Shown piece after piece: positions 1 through 9,683 of a stretch of DNA of 64,000 nt. Numbering within the stretch: position 1 is the first letter of the stretch; each line of letters starts with the position of its first letter. Both the position numbers and the translations under genes were made by a program. Where the stretch lies: the IMG/VR virus record IMGVR_UViG_3300025828_004167, positions 8,805 through 72,804 of that record; one strand, 5' to 3'. Source of the DNA: a virus. The notes below the pieces were generated by a model. That model was not told the DNA's origin and ran no database searches. It saw only the letters and a program-made list of their open reading frames with translations.

Positions 1-847
1 TGTCAAACAGTCCCATGTCTGCGAGCACCCGGTTGGCGGCACAGTTCAATGCCACTCCTCCAGCATACACCAGATTACGTGATCCGTATCGGCTGGCTCT
101 CGTCCATAAATCAGCGAGTAGTTCCTCCGTGACTGCTTGTATACTGGCGGCTATGTCCATGACATCCGCGTTTGTCTCCCAGTCACTCAATCCCCTGTGT
201 AGATTCTTCTTGAGACTGAAAGGTGATTGATTGACAAATTCATCATAGATTTTCTGCTTGTACTTGGGTGTGCCATACGCGGCCATTCCCATCAGGATGT
301 ACTCCTCTTCCGCCGGTTTCAATCCACAACGATGTGTGAATGCCGAATAAAGTATTCCTATGCTGTGTGGATACTTGATTGTCTCTTTCCTATCGATCCA
401 TATCTTGTCTGCTGTGGATATAGACACGGTGTCCCACTCACCAATGGCATCCACTGTAAGTATTGTTGCTCCCTCGTCCTTGAACGGTGATGTGAAATAC
501 CCCGCCGCCGCGTGTGAGTCATGGTGCTTTACGTACTCGTCAATCTTTATGTCAAAGTGATCCAAGTGCCACTGTGGCATCTCGGTATAGCTCATGGCAA
601 GTCCATACTGTCCCGCGTAGAACTGCCTGGTCTTTTTCAACAATGGCTTCTCGTAGTACACCACCTTGTCGAAAGGTCCAAAGGTACGTGCCTCGTCCAC
701 TATCTTTTGGTTGAGGTAGTGGTCATTCTTGACCTTGCTGTATCTCTCCGCGTGTGCGGCCCACAGGATCTCTCCTATGCCTGAACTATAGTCAACCACT
801 GCCATGGCGGCATCATGATTCATGCAGTTAATTCCCAGTATTCTCAT
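1..847 (-). CDS. Carbamoyltransferase (NodU/CmcH/TobZ family), N-terminal part, runs off the window
   Basis: Absent from ORF track; translated by hand from ATG 847: MRILGINCMNHDAA...AERYSKVKND...HHDSHAAAGYFTSPF...TVDAIGE...LMGMAAYG...AGGVALNCAAN, the hallmark Kae1-like carbamoyltransferase motifs. Confidence 0.93.
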   Translation of the reverse strand, partial: MRILGINCMNHDAAMAVVDYSSGIGEILWAAHAERYSKVKNDHYLNQKIVDEARTFGPFDKVVYYEKPLLKKTRQFYAGQYGLAMSYTEMPQWHLDHFDIKIDEYVKHHDSHAAAGYFTSPFKDEGATILTVDAIGEWDTVSISTADKIWIDRKETIKYPHSIGILYSAFTHRCGLKPAEEEYILMGMAAYGTPKYKQKIYDEFVNQSPFSLKKNLHRGLSDWETNADVMDIAASIQAVTEELLADLWTRASRYGSRNLVYAGGVALNCAANRVLADMGLFD

Positions 848-995
848 CTTCCTCCTTGTGCCAACCTATGTCCTCTATGTTGTCACTGCTACACTTCGGA
901 CAGACGTACCATTCGTTTGCCGAATCGTCTTTGTCTAGTTCGTTAGCCACGCCCTTCCATTTACAATCGTAACAAAGAAAATTCCACCAGGTCAT
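828..995 (-). CDS. Small zinc-ribbon protein (55 aa)
   Basis: CYDC...CPKC; ATG 995 overlaps upstream TGA (ATGA coupling), preferred over ORF-track start 1040. Confidence 0.65.
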   Translation of the reverse strand: MTWWNFLCYDCKWKGVANELDKDDSANEWYVCPKCSSDNIEDIGWHKEEDENTGN

Positions 996-1555
996 GCTAT
1001 CCTCAAAACCTTTTTGGTTTTCTCCAAATATTTCTCCCACTGCTCCAGCGTGATGTCGTACTCGAAGTTCTGTGTGGTCTCGTTCTTTCTCAAAAGTTTG
1101 GCGCCATTCTTGATGTGGAACCGTTCCGCCATCTCCGTCAAGGGACTCAGCGTCACCAACCTGTCTATGTGATGTTCCCTCTTGAATTTCTTATATACTT
1201 CGTTGAGTATGTGTTTGCCACCACCCTTCTTTTTAGCCCATACTGTGTAGGCTATCGCTATCCTGCCCACCAGGCCGCCACGCAGTATGCTCTGGTTGTA
1301 GGCGTCATGTGACATCAACGCCATCTCCTCTACAGTGGCTGGCACATCATTAGTGAACGCTATACATATGATCGCGGCAGTGTCTCCCTCATCGTCTCGT
1401 AGTCCTAGTATGCGTTTGCCATTGCTCTTGCGGAACTCCACGCTCAGTTCTGGCCTCACTGGATCCTCCGTGACATCTATTTCTGTGAGATCCACCAATT
1501 CAAATCGCGGATTTCTTTTGAACAGATCTTTTAACTTCTGTTTTATCTTTTCCAT
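992..1555 (-). CDS. Hypothetical protein, GNAT-like fold
   Basis: 187 aa; YTVW..KKGGGKHIL and VTLSP..AERFH.KNG resemble acetyl-CoA-binding GNAT motifs. Confidence 0.5.
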   Translation of the reverse strand: MEKIKQKLKDLFKRNPRFELVDLTEIDVTEDPVRPELSVEFRKSNGKRILGLRDDEGDTAAIICIAFTNDVPATVEEMALMSHDAYNQSILRGGLVGRIAIAYTVWAKKKGGGKHILNEVYKKFKREHHIDRLVTLSPLTEMAERFHIKNGAKLLRKNETTQNFEYDITLEQWEKYLEKTKKVLRIA

Positions 1556-1558
1556 GTG

Positions 1559-1663
1559 CTATTTGTATATGAAAGGATCTTTTTTCTTAAGTTCTTTTAA
1601 TCTCTTCCTGTACCGAATCTCTTCTCTGATCTTGTTCCACATTCTCTTAAACCATCTGATCAT
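1559..1663 (-). CDS. 34-aa basic peptide MIRWFKRMWNKIREEIRYRKRLKELKKKDPFIYK
   Basis: Below ORF-track cut-off; strong AGGAGG RBS upstream, fills the gap between two operon genes. Confidence 0.75.
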   Translation of the reverse strand: MIRWFKRMWNKIREEIRYRKRLKELKKKDPFIYK

Positions 1664-2468
1664 TTTTTCCTCCTGTTATTTTTTCAAAAGTTGGTAACAT
1701 TAATTTTACAGCATCCGCATGCGCTTGGTCAAGTGGATGTGTGGTGCCACGTGGGTAGTCATTGAGCAGTGCCCATTGGTTGAAACCCATATAACGTTCT
1801 CCAAAAAAGAACCATTTGGTAAAATCTATCTCAGAATAGAGTGCTTTCATGAAGGGGTCCTGATCTTTGTGTGGTGTCAGTTCGTTATAGAAAAGGCTGT
1901 TATCTGCCAGTGTGAACATGAATGGTATTTTTTTCTTTTCCAATATGTTCTGCAACCATATGATAGATTTCCAACTGAGGTATATCTCGTGGTATTGGTT
2001 TGCCGCATATTTGTAAATGCTTTCGGCGAAATCCCTCACTCCAGTTTCACGGAAAAGTTCTTTCCTCACACGCCACTGTTCTTGTTGTGTCTCCGAACTA
2101 TGCATGGTCCTGAACGCCTCTTCGTTGCCTGCGTTTGTGTCCCATGGTGATATCGATGCCCATCTAGTATCTTCTAATACCTTGTGCCTGGGCATGGCCC
2201 AGTCGTACCTAGACAGAAAACTCCACATCACGACTACACAATCTATACGGTCATTGTTAGCAACAGCATTGAAAGTCCTTCTCGCTATAGCAGAATTACC
2301 TAATCCGCCAAAAGCGGAGCACAGATACACAGTATCATCGTCGTCCCTAGAAGTTTTGAATAACCTGTGTGCCCATGAGTTCTTTGATGGAGTCTTGCCG
2401 TCCTGATCGTCGCTGAGCTCGTTGCCCAATGTAAAACTGCATCCTCCCGCTATAAATTTCTTAGTCAT
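1647..2468 (-). CDS. SGNH/GDSL-like protein
   Basis: N-terminal GGCSFTLG, G.GN motif, C-terminal THP. Confidence 0.6.
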   Translation of the reverse strand: MTKKFIAGGCSFTLGNELSDDQDGKTPSKNSWAHRLFKTSRDDDDTVYLCSAFGGLGNSAIARRTFNAVANNDRIDCVVVMWSFLSRYDWAMPRHKVLEDTRWASISPWDTNAGNEEAFRTMHSSETQQEQWRVRKELFRETGVRDFAESIYKYAANQYHEIYLSWKSIIWLQNILEKKKIPFMFTLADNSLFYNELTPHKDQDPFMKALYSEIDFTKWFFFGERYMGFNQWALLNDYPRGTTHPLDQAHADAVKLMLPTFEKITGGKNDQMV

Positions 2469-3627
2469 ATATCTTCAACACTGTATTTAAAAGTGGGAAC
2501 ACCTCTCCAAAATTTTCCTTCCTGTACTGGTCCGTCTGTAGTATACGCTGTTTCCTCTGTTCTCTGATCTCGGCTGTGTCCCTGTCCGCGGCGTTCATGA
2601 AACGTATGCTGGGTTGATAATCTGTGAGCATGTGGTACCTGTCCGTCACTATGTCCTTGATCTGCCGTGGCAGTGTCTGTATGTTGAACACGTCTGGATC
2701 AAAACAGGTGTTCACATAGAAGAACTTGGGCTGATACTGTGCCACCCACAGGGCGATCTTAGCCCAGTTGAACACGTTGAATATCGAGACCGTTGAACAT
2801 ATCTGGAAGTCCATGTTCGCAGTCTTCATCTCCTTGAACTTCACAAGGTTGGCGCTGACCTCACGCCAGTTTGCCGGGTGCCTTTGGTACTCAAATGGTT
2901 CTCCCACGTCGTCTATGCTGAACGCTATTTCTACATGCTTGAAGTAACCCCATAGGTCGAATATGTCCTTGGGTGGTAACTGTGTGCCGTTGGTGTTGTA
3001 GTGTATGTCTATGTTCTTGGCGTAGCCCTTCTCCACACAGTACATCAAGATCTTGAAGTGATCTCGAATCATGAACGGCTCGCCTCCCGTGAACTCGAAG
3101 TACTCCACATGCTTGAGATCTTCCTTGAGGTCCTCGAAGAACTGTGGGTTACGTTTTGGCCATCCACCCTCACGCAGATTTTTCAGTGCCACAGGGTTCT
3201 TTCCGTAGTCCAGTTCCTCTTGTGCCCATTTGCTGGAACTCCAGGAACCGCATATCCTACACTTTAGATTGCAAACGTTGCCTAACTTAAAGTCAATGAA
3301 TTTCAACATTGGCTCGCTATTAGGTGTCCAGTCCGTCAAGCTCTTCTTCATCTTGTATATAGAGTTTTGTCTTTTACTCGTTTTTCCTGCGTCTTCTTCT
3401 TGCCAGCAACTCTGACAACCTACAGGACGTTCTCCTTTACGGAACTGCTCACGTAAATTTTGCATGTATCCAGTATCCTGTATTGATTTGAGGCTTTGTT
3501 TGTAAACTTTGACCTCTGGAACACTACCCTTGTAGAGACAGCAGGGAGATGCACCGCCGTTAACGTCTACTTCTAAGTGGGTCCATGGCAAGGGACAAAT
3601 GTTTGATTTTATATATTTGTCCACCAT
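2461..3627 (-). CDS. Radical SAM enzyme with N-terminal twitch/SPASM-like Cys domain
   Basis: CNLKCRIC, TGGEP, YNTNGT; N-terminal CPLPW..PCC..CQSC. Confidence 0.92.
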   Translation of the reverse strand: MVDKYIKSNICPLPWTHLEVDVNGGASPCCLYKGSVPEVKVYKQSLKSIQDTGYMQNLREQFRKGERPVGCQSCWQEEDAGKTSKRQNSIYKMKKSLTDWTPNSEPMLKFIDFKLGNVCNLKCRICGSWSSSKWAQEELDYGKNPVALKNLREGGWPKRNPQFFEDLKEDLKHVEYFEFTGGEPFMIRDHFKILMYCVEKGYAKNIDIHYNTNGTQLPPKDIFDLWGYFKHVEIAFSIDDVGEPFEYQRHPANWREVSANLVKFKEMKTANMDFQICSTVSIFNVFNWAKIALWVAQYQPKFFYVNTCFDPDVFNIQTLPRQIKDIVTDRYHMLTDYQPSIRFMNAADRDTAEIREQRKQRILQTDQYRKENFGEVFPLLNTVLKIYD

Positions 3628-4928
3628 TCTAGAATTTCCTTGTCTTTGGCTAATATTTTTTTAATGTCAGTTGCCCTCACCCGGTCAAGCCTTTCTACTG
3701 TTTCTTTTCCTGCTACCAACCCCTCTTTATACTTGTCATGGCCATATGTCTCCTCATATGTTGGTTTTTCCTTTAAATCTTTTAGAGCACTGAAAAAGTA
3801 AATGTGATTTTTAAGTCTTGACTTGTTCTTTTCTAAAAATTCATCCACGATTCTGTTGAGTATTTTACGTGGCAGGCACATCGGAGACCATATGTTAGTT
3901 GGATCAAAACCAAACACCCTTTTGGCCAGAAGATCAATGTCAAGCTCTTCAGCGGCGTCTAACATTTCCTGTAGACCTACCATACCCGGCATTGTCATTG
4001 TGAGATCCATCCTCAGGTCACGCCTTGTCTTTGTGAACTTCCTTGCGTACTTCATGTTCGCCACCCACTCTTGCCATTTCAATCCTGTACGCACATACTC
4101 ACCCACTTCGCCTGCACCGTCTATACTGGCAAGTATGCTCCAGTGTTTGAATTTACTCAGGATGTCATCGAACAGATTCATTCCAAAGAAATTGATCCTA
4201 CTCATATTGGAGTTGTACCTGATGCTGACACTGTCATGGTAGTCCAACTCAATTATCCTTTTCATCGACTCCCAATGTATTTTCCACATGAGTGGCTCTC
4301 CTCCACACCAGTAAATCTCTTTGATTGTCTTCGATTCTACAGCATCCTTGAACTCGTGTACAATGACTTTGTCATGGAAACTGTCTATTTCCGCCTTTAT
4401 GTCTTTCCGCATCCACATCTGCGAGGGCTTGTTTGGATCCCATTCGCCTGTATCTCTGTTCTCCGCCTCCCAACTAGAGCTTAACATGTCTCCACACATC
4501 CTACACTTGAAGTTGCAGAGGTTATTGAACCTGTAGTCCCAACTAGTTACTTTCATGTCAGTGTGTCCATCATCTCCTGTCTTTTCATAGGCTTCATCAA
4601 TCTGGGATTCAAACAACTTGTTGAAATGAGTCCTGTATGTTGCGACAGACAACAGTTTGCCATTACACACCTGGCACTGCGGTATCTCCTTGCCTTGCAT
4701 AAGATCTACCCTGACCTTCTTCATGTAATCGCTATTCCAATGTTCATCCAGTGTATCTGGAGAGAAAGGCTGTGACTTTTTGTTTAGGTCGATGTACTGG
4801 TTGAATGTTTTAGAATCCTCACGTGAACTGCAACACAGTCTACGCTCCATCTGTGGCGAAAGATATGTATGTGTCCATGGAGCCATACAAAAAGTTTTAT
4901 TGCCTTCGCTGGGTTTAATTCTCTTCAT
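3609..4928 (-). CDS. Radical SAM enzyme with N-terminal twitch/SPASM-like Cys domain
   Basis: CNFKCRMC, GGEP; N-terminal CMAPW..LCC..CQVC. Confidence 0.92.
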   Translation of the reverse strand: MKRIKPSEGNKTFCMAPWTHTYLSPQMERRLCCSSREDSKTFNQYIDLNKKSQPFSPDTLDEHWNSDYMKKVRVDLMQGKEIPQCQVCNGKLLSVATYRTHFNKLFESQIDEAYEKTGDDGHTDMKVTSWDYRFNNLCNFKCRMCGDMLSSSWEAENRDTGEWDPNKPSQMWMRKDIKAEIDSFHDKVIVHEFKDAVESKTIKEIYWCGGEPLMWKIHWESMKRIIELDYHDSVSIRYNSNMSRINFFGMNLFDDILSKFKHWSILASIDGAGEVGEYVRTGLKWQEWVANMKYARKFTKTRRDLRMDLTMTMPGMVGLQEMLDAAEELDIDLLAKRVFGFDPTNIWSPMCLPRKILNRIVDEFLEKNKSRLKNHIYFFSALKDLKEKPTYEETYGHDKYKEGLVAGKETVERLDRVRATDIKKILAKDKEILEWWTNI

Positions 4929-6198
4929 ACAACTCCATCAGTTCTGGGAACACTTCTAACATATTTTCATCTCTAATCGAGTCAAGTTTTTTCATTGTAT
5001 CCTTAAACTGCTGTATATCCTTGCTATTATCACGTCTCATCATGTAATCCATTCCTGACTCGTACCCCTTAGTTGCTCTAGTGAGATGATCTAACGGACG
5101 TAACCATTCTAAATGTTTTTCATATTTCTCTTTTACTTTCTGCTTGTAAGATTCCGGCAACAGGTCTATCCTCTGCGCATATGGAAACTGTAAAAGATTG
5201 AAGTTAAAGTCCTGTGGTTTCAAAAGACCTTGGTCTACCCAATTTCTGTGGAAATCTGGTATGTGTAGTGCATTAATCAGACCCACTGTTGAACTAATGT
5301 AGAAATCAACTTGTGGACATACCTCTAACATCCTTTTCCTGTTTGCTACCACATCCTCCCAAACAGTACCTTTACGCATCAGTTCTCCTCTTTTGCCTTC
5401 GGCATCTAAACTAGCACCAATCGACACTGAATCAAACTTGTTCCATAATTCAAGAACATCTATATCCTTATATTTGGTCTTTGTGAAATTGGTGTTGTAT
5501 ATCAGTCTTACATGGTACATCTTGCGCCTATCCAATTCTTTGAGTATCCTGTAGTGTTCCTCCATGATGATCGGTTCGCCGCCAGCAAAATAAAACTGCT
5601 CTACATGATCAAACTGTTCCAGCATCTGGGTCCAGATGTCGTCACTACTTCTGCCCACCCTCATAATCTTTGCATGATTAGGCGGAGCGCCTGTAAGTTT
5701 CTTGTGATCCTCGTACCAGTTAGAACTGAACCATGTGCCACAACTCCTACACGCAAGATTACAGAGATTGCTGAACCTGATGTCCCAGTACTTGATCATG
5801 AAGTCGGCCGTGCCGTCTGGTTGTGTGTTGTCCACCATGCCTATGTTGTGTCCGAAATGCTTGTTAGAACTCAATCTCAGACTGAAGAATCCCGACTTCT
5901 CCTGATCATAGCATTTTGTACAGTGTTTGCTGGGTTTGTTTGCCAGCATGTTATTCCTGATGCCTTTCATCTCGTTGTTGTTGAAAACTTCCGCCATTGA
6001 ATTCTGGTTGAGGTCACCCACTGGATACTTGTCCAACGCGAAACAGCAAGGATACGCCCTGCCGTCTGGAAAGGCGTGTATATGCAACCATGGCATCATA
6101 CAGAAAGTGTCGCTGTCTATCAACAGTTCTTTCTGTCGATCAGTCATGTCCTTGATTTTTAATTTCTCGGGCTCCTTGGCCCCGTAATCATATGCCAC
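4915..6198 (-). CDS. Radical SAM enzyme with N-terminal twitch/SPASM-like Cys domain
   Basis: CNLACRSC, AGGEP, YNTN; N-terminal CMMPW..PCC..CTKC. Confidence 0.92.
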   Translation of the reverse strand: MAYDYGAKEPEKLKIKDMTDRQKELLIDSDTFCMMPWLHIHAFPDGRAYPCCFALDKYPVGDLNQNSMAEVFNNNEMKGIRNNMLANKPSKHCTKCYDQEKSGFFSLRLSSNKHFGHNIGMVDNTQPDGTADFMIKYWDIRFSNLCNLACRSCGTWFSSNWYEDHKKLTGAPPNHAKIMRVGRSSDDIWTQMLEQFDHVEQFYFAGGEPIIMEEHYRILKELDRRKMYHVRLIYNTNFTKTKYKDIDVLELWNKFDSVSIGASLDAEGKRGELMRKGTVWEDVVANRKRMLEVCPQVDFYISSTVGLINALHIPDFHRNWVDQGLLKPQDFNFNLLQFPYAQRIDLLPESYKQKVKEKYEKHLEWLRPLDHLTRATKGYESGMDYMMRRDNSKDIQQFKDTMKKLDSIRDENMLEVFPELMELYEEN

Positions 6199-7543
6199 GA
6201 TACCATTCTCCTATGATCGGGAAAGTCTTTTCAAAATTTTTTCCTCTTCTTTTATCATATTGCACAAAGTAATTTTTGAACCATTTAACCACTTTGTCTC
6301 TATCCTTAATTTGATTAGATTCATTCTTAAGATACTCTATCAGTCTTTCTACTTGTTCCACCTCCATGGCATGAAGCAAGTGTGAATTTCTATTTTGCGA
6401 AAGCCAGTTAGTCAGCTCATCTGCAAATCTTTGTCTCAATTCATGTGGAAGTATCAAACAACTTTGAAAATTTGGAAACCTCAGAATATTTAAAGTGAAT
6501 GTGACCGCATCACTACTGTTGGCTTTTTGTTTTATTTCCAAACACCAATCTAAGTAGTCCACTAAACCTTCAAGAGACAATGCGCCAATTGTACACATAG
6601 AATGCATTGAGCTGAAAGACTTTGATTCAGCAATCTTGTTGAAATTTTTGACCCACATATTCCAATTCAATCCATCCCTGATGTACTCTGCTTTCTCTCC
6701 CATTGATTCGTTACTGCTATAAATGTGAAGTCCTCGGATAGTCTTTGCCTTTTGTATCAATTTTTCTATGAGTGATTCTTTACTATTTAAATTGGTGTTG
6801 ATTGCGAAATAGGAAACGTTCGAATCACCCAACGCCATGAGGTCCAACAACTTCCATGTGTGTTTGCTCATTAAAGGTTCGCCCCCTGTGAGTCTTAGAT
6901 GCGTTAGTGTGCGTTTTAGATCTGACTCCCACCATTTGAAGAAGGCCTTTACGTAAGGATTATTGTCCTCATCAAACCTACTAGCGTTGTCATGAGGATG
7001 GCCGTAATGATCATGACCGTTTGGTCCTATGTCTGTATAACCTTTGTTAGTTTTGATGTCCTTTGCCCAAGTGGTGGAAAATGCGGGGTTACAATAACTA
7101 CAAGCAAAATTACAAGTTCTGTCAAAGCTCAATTCCAAGTATCTAAGATCAAAGTCATCCTCCGGATCAGATTCAAATGCTTTTTGTAACTCGTCGTCTG
7201 TGTACAACACAGACTTGTAAACCCTATCGCTTATTTTGTCTGCGTTGAGGTTTTCAACACGCCAGCAATAATCACAACCGTTACACTGGATTCCTTTCTG
7301 CATCTCTGCACGTTCCTTTTTCTTTTGCGGGGTGTTGCTCAGCAGTTTTGGATTTTGTAACACTGCTTCAGCGTCTACCTGGTGTGGCAATGGATGGTGA
7401 CACGCCGTTGTCTGTCCTGTATTCAACCAAACCGTGGCGTAATACCATTTGGCTCCACAGAAGGAATTGCTTTTTGTGTCTAGCACTCTTTCTTTATACT
7501 GAGAAAAACTTTCTCCAGGCAATAAATGTTGATCACTACTCAT
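6188..7543 (-). CDS. Radical SAM enzyme, N-terminal C-x-A-K-W / C-H-H subtype
   Basis: CNFACSYC, TGGEP, NTN; N-terminal CGAKW..ACHHP..CDYCW. Confidence 0.92.
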   Translation of the reverse strand: MSSDQHLLPGESFSQYKERVLDTKSNSFCGAKWYYATVWLNTGQTTACHHPLPHQVDAEAVLQNPKLLSNTPQKKKERAEMQKGIQCNGCDYCWRVENLNADKISDRVYKSVLYTDDELQKAFESDPEDDFDLRYLELSFDRTCNFACSYCNPAFSTTWAKDIKTNKGYTDIGPNGHDHYGHPHDNASRFDEDNNPYVKAFFKWWESDLKRTLTHLRLTGGEPLMSKHTWKLLDLMALGDSNVSYFAINTNLNSKESLIEKLIQKAKTIRGLHIYSSNESMGEKAEYIRDGLNWNMWVKNFNKIAESKSFSSMHSMCTIGALSLEGLVDYLDWCLEIKQKANSSDAVTFTLNILRFPNFQSCLILPHELRQRFADELTNWLSQNRNSHLLHAMEVEQVERLIEYLKNESNQIKDRDKVVKWFKNYFVQYDKRRGKNFEKTFPIIGEWYRGI

Positions 7544-8171
7544 TTGTCAAAAAAACTATTGCCTTTCTTTTTGATCCTGGCGGAAACCATGCACTGGCAT
7601 GTAGGTTGACTCGGGGCCAATGTATCGCAGAGCCTACCTCCCAATGCAGAACCTTTTTGAGATTGAAGGGCAGACTGTCTGCCTTTAGATGCGGTAACCA
7701 TTTTTCTTGATCTTGCTTTGACATCGTCGAATTGGATCTAGGTAGATCTACCTGTTCGTAACTTAGTATACCTTTCTGTCCTAGTCCTGTCGCTCCATTG
7801 TAGGTGATGGCCTTTTCACTCGTTTCTTCAAAAATCAAAGTGGCGTTTTCGCTGTATTCTGATTCCAAAGGTATCAAAAAAGTATAACCTAGTTTGCCTT
7901 TCTCTGGGGTGCTTACCCAGCCATCCGAATGGATGCCACCGGGATGATAATCACTGTATATAGTTGCGTGTGTGATCCAACCAGAATAGTGTGGTTTTAG
8001 AAACTCCTCTAACTTTTGTCTGAACATTTTGCTAAAATCTTGCTCAACAAAAGTATTTGCATTGATTCTCAGCCCATTATCTTTTTTAGGTAGAGAACCG
8101 AACTTTTCTAAAAGTTCTTGGACCATGTACGAAGGGAAAAAATTATCTATTTTGCCTATTTTATTTTTCAT
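7536..8171 (-). CDS. Putative Fe(II)/2OG oxygenase-fold protein
   Basis: HSD...FLIPL...LH...KRK facial-triad-like pattern; similar layout to 18957..19841. Confidence 0.55.
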   Translation of the reverse strand: MKNKIGKIDNFFPSYMVQELLEKFGSLPKKDNGLRINANTFVEQDFSKMFRQKLEEFLKPHYSGWITHATIYSDYHPGGIHSDGWVSTPEKGKLGYTFLIPLESEYSENATLIFEETSEKAITYNGATGLGQKGILSYEQVDLPRSNSTMSKQDQEKWLPHLKADSLPFNLKKVLHWEVGSAIHWPRVNLHASAWFPPGSKRKAIVFLTNE

Positions 8172-8183
8172 TGTTGTGTGCTA

Positions 8184-8193
8184 TATTTAAATA
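8184..8193. promoter_or_regulatory. Palindromic TATTTAAATA, overlapping divergent late-type TAAATA elements
   Basis: Perfect palindrome in the 33-nt gap between divergent genes; TAAATA lies 11-12 nt from each ATG. Confidence 0.55.
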
Positions 8194-8204
8194 CCATATA
8201 AATC

Positions 8205-9683
8205 ATGAAAGACCAATCTGACATAGTACTTTGTAACATTCCTTTTATGAGTGTTGCTTACGCACCAGCCGGCACTAGCCTTCTTAAAGCATGCCTGCAG
8301 GAACAAGGTTTTACCTGTACAGTAAAAGATTATAACATCAAATTATGGGATAGTCTATCTGATAAAAAAATCATCGATGATCTTGAAAACTATTTCACAG
8401 TCAATACCTCGCTAGACACAGACACACAGGTTTTAGTTGATCAGTACTATGAACTTATTGTGTCCGAACTGGTTAAACTAGATCCCAAGTGGATAGGATT
8501 CAGTGTATTCACATTCCAATGCCAGAGAGCTACCACAGAGATACTACAGAGGTTGAGGGGTAGATACAGAGGTAAAATAATGGTGGGTGGTGCTGGAATA
8601 AGCACCAGGGGTATAGCAAGTTCAAACGCCGATTATGCCGAAAAACTCATAAAAGACAACCTCATAGATGCCTACATCAAAGGTGATGGAGATATAGCGT
8701 TAATCGAATTACTGAAGGGCAATCTAGAATTTGCAGGTATAAACGGCAATCCATACAAAGGAGTGCCTGACTTAAACGTAATTCCGAAGCCAGACTGGAG
8801 CGATGTAATAGATTTGCCATACAGATACCATGATAGGAAAATTTTGCCTATCACTGGTAGCAGGGGTTGTGTAAGACACTGCACATTCTGTGACATACAT
8901 GAATTTTGGACAAAATTCAAATTCAGGTCAGGCCAAAATATAGCCGACGAAATGATAGAAAATTACAAAACGCACGGTATCACAGATTTCTATTTCATGG
9001 ACAGTCTCATAAACGGCAGTATGAAAGCATTCAGAGAACTTTGTCATACTTTAGTAAACTATTACAAAGAAAACAACTTGCCCGAAAAATTTTTTAGATG
9101 GGGCGGGCAGTTTATTGTGCGTTCGAAAACACAGATGCTTCCTGAGGATTTTGAAGTGGCGGCGAAAAGTGGATGTGACAACCTTTGCTGGGGTGTCGAA
9201 TCTGGCAGTGAAAAAGTTAGGAATCACATGCAGAAACAATTCTCAAACGACGACCTAGACTACTGCATGGAACAAATGAGCAGAGTAGGCATGCACTGCT
9301 ATTTTTTTATGATTATAGGGTATCCAACGGAAACAGAAAAAGATTTCCAAGATAGTCTAGATATGTTCAGCAGATATCAGAAATATGCTATAGAAGGAAC
9401 TTTGTACGGAGTAAACCTTGGTGCGTTAGCCAGCATAGACGATGGTACACCACTTTTTAAAAATTCTACCGAGCTAGGATTGACCCCTATACTTCCGGCA
9501 GAACACGCTCATGGATTAAACTGGCAAAGTAAAAAAAATCCAGTAAGTTTAGAAAAAAGAATATTGCGCAGAATATTGATACAGGAACACTGTATCAAAT
9601 TGAAATACACCGTGTGGAATGCTGACATGCATTTAAAACGTATTAAAGCAAGTTACGAAAAGATAAAAAACAAAACCTATTAA
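8205..9683 (+). CDS. Cobalamin-binding (class B-type) radical SAM enzyme
   Basis: N-terminal B12-binding-like region (IGFSVF, IMVGGAG, GDGD), SRGCVRHCTFC, GVESGS, IIGYPTET. Confidence 0.9.
   Translation: MKDQSDIVLCNIPFMSVAYAPAGTSLLKACLQEQGFTCTVKDYNIKLWDSLSDKKIIDDLENYFTVNTSLDTDTQVLVDQYYELIVSELVKLDPKWIGFSVFTFQCQRATTEILQRLRGRYRGKIMVGGAGISTRGIASSNADYAEKLIKDNLIDAYIKGDGDIALIELLKGNLEFAGINGNPYKGVPDLNVIPKPDWSDVIDLPYRYHDRKILPITGSRGCVRHCTFCDIHEFWTKFKFRSGQNIADEMIENYKTHGITDFYFMDSLINGSMKAFRELCHTLVNYYKENNLPEKFFRWGGQFIVRSKTQMLPEDFEVAAKSGCDNLCWGVESGSEKVRNHMQKQFSNDDLDYCMEQMSRVGMHCYFFMIIGYPTETEKDFQDSLDMFSRYQKYAIEGTLYGVNLGALASIDDGTPLFKNSTELGLTPILPAEHAHGLNWQSKKNPVSLEKRILRRILIQEHCIKLKYTVWNADMHLKRIKASYEKIKNKTY

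Noticed and set aside
15-784. Short + strand ORFs in the ORF track
   Set aside because: Antisense shadows of the carbamoyltransferase gene
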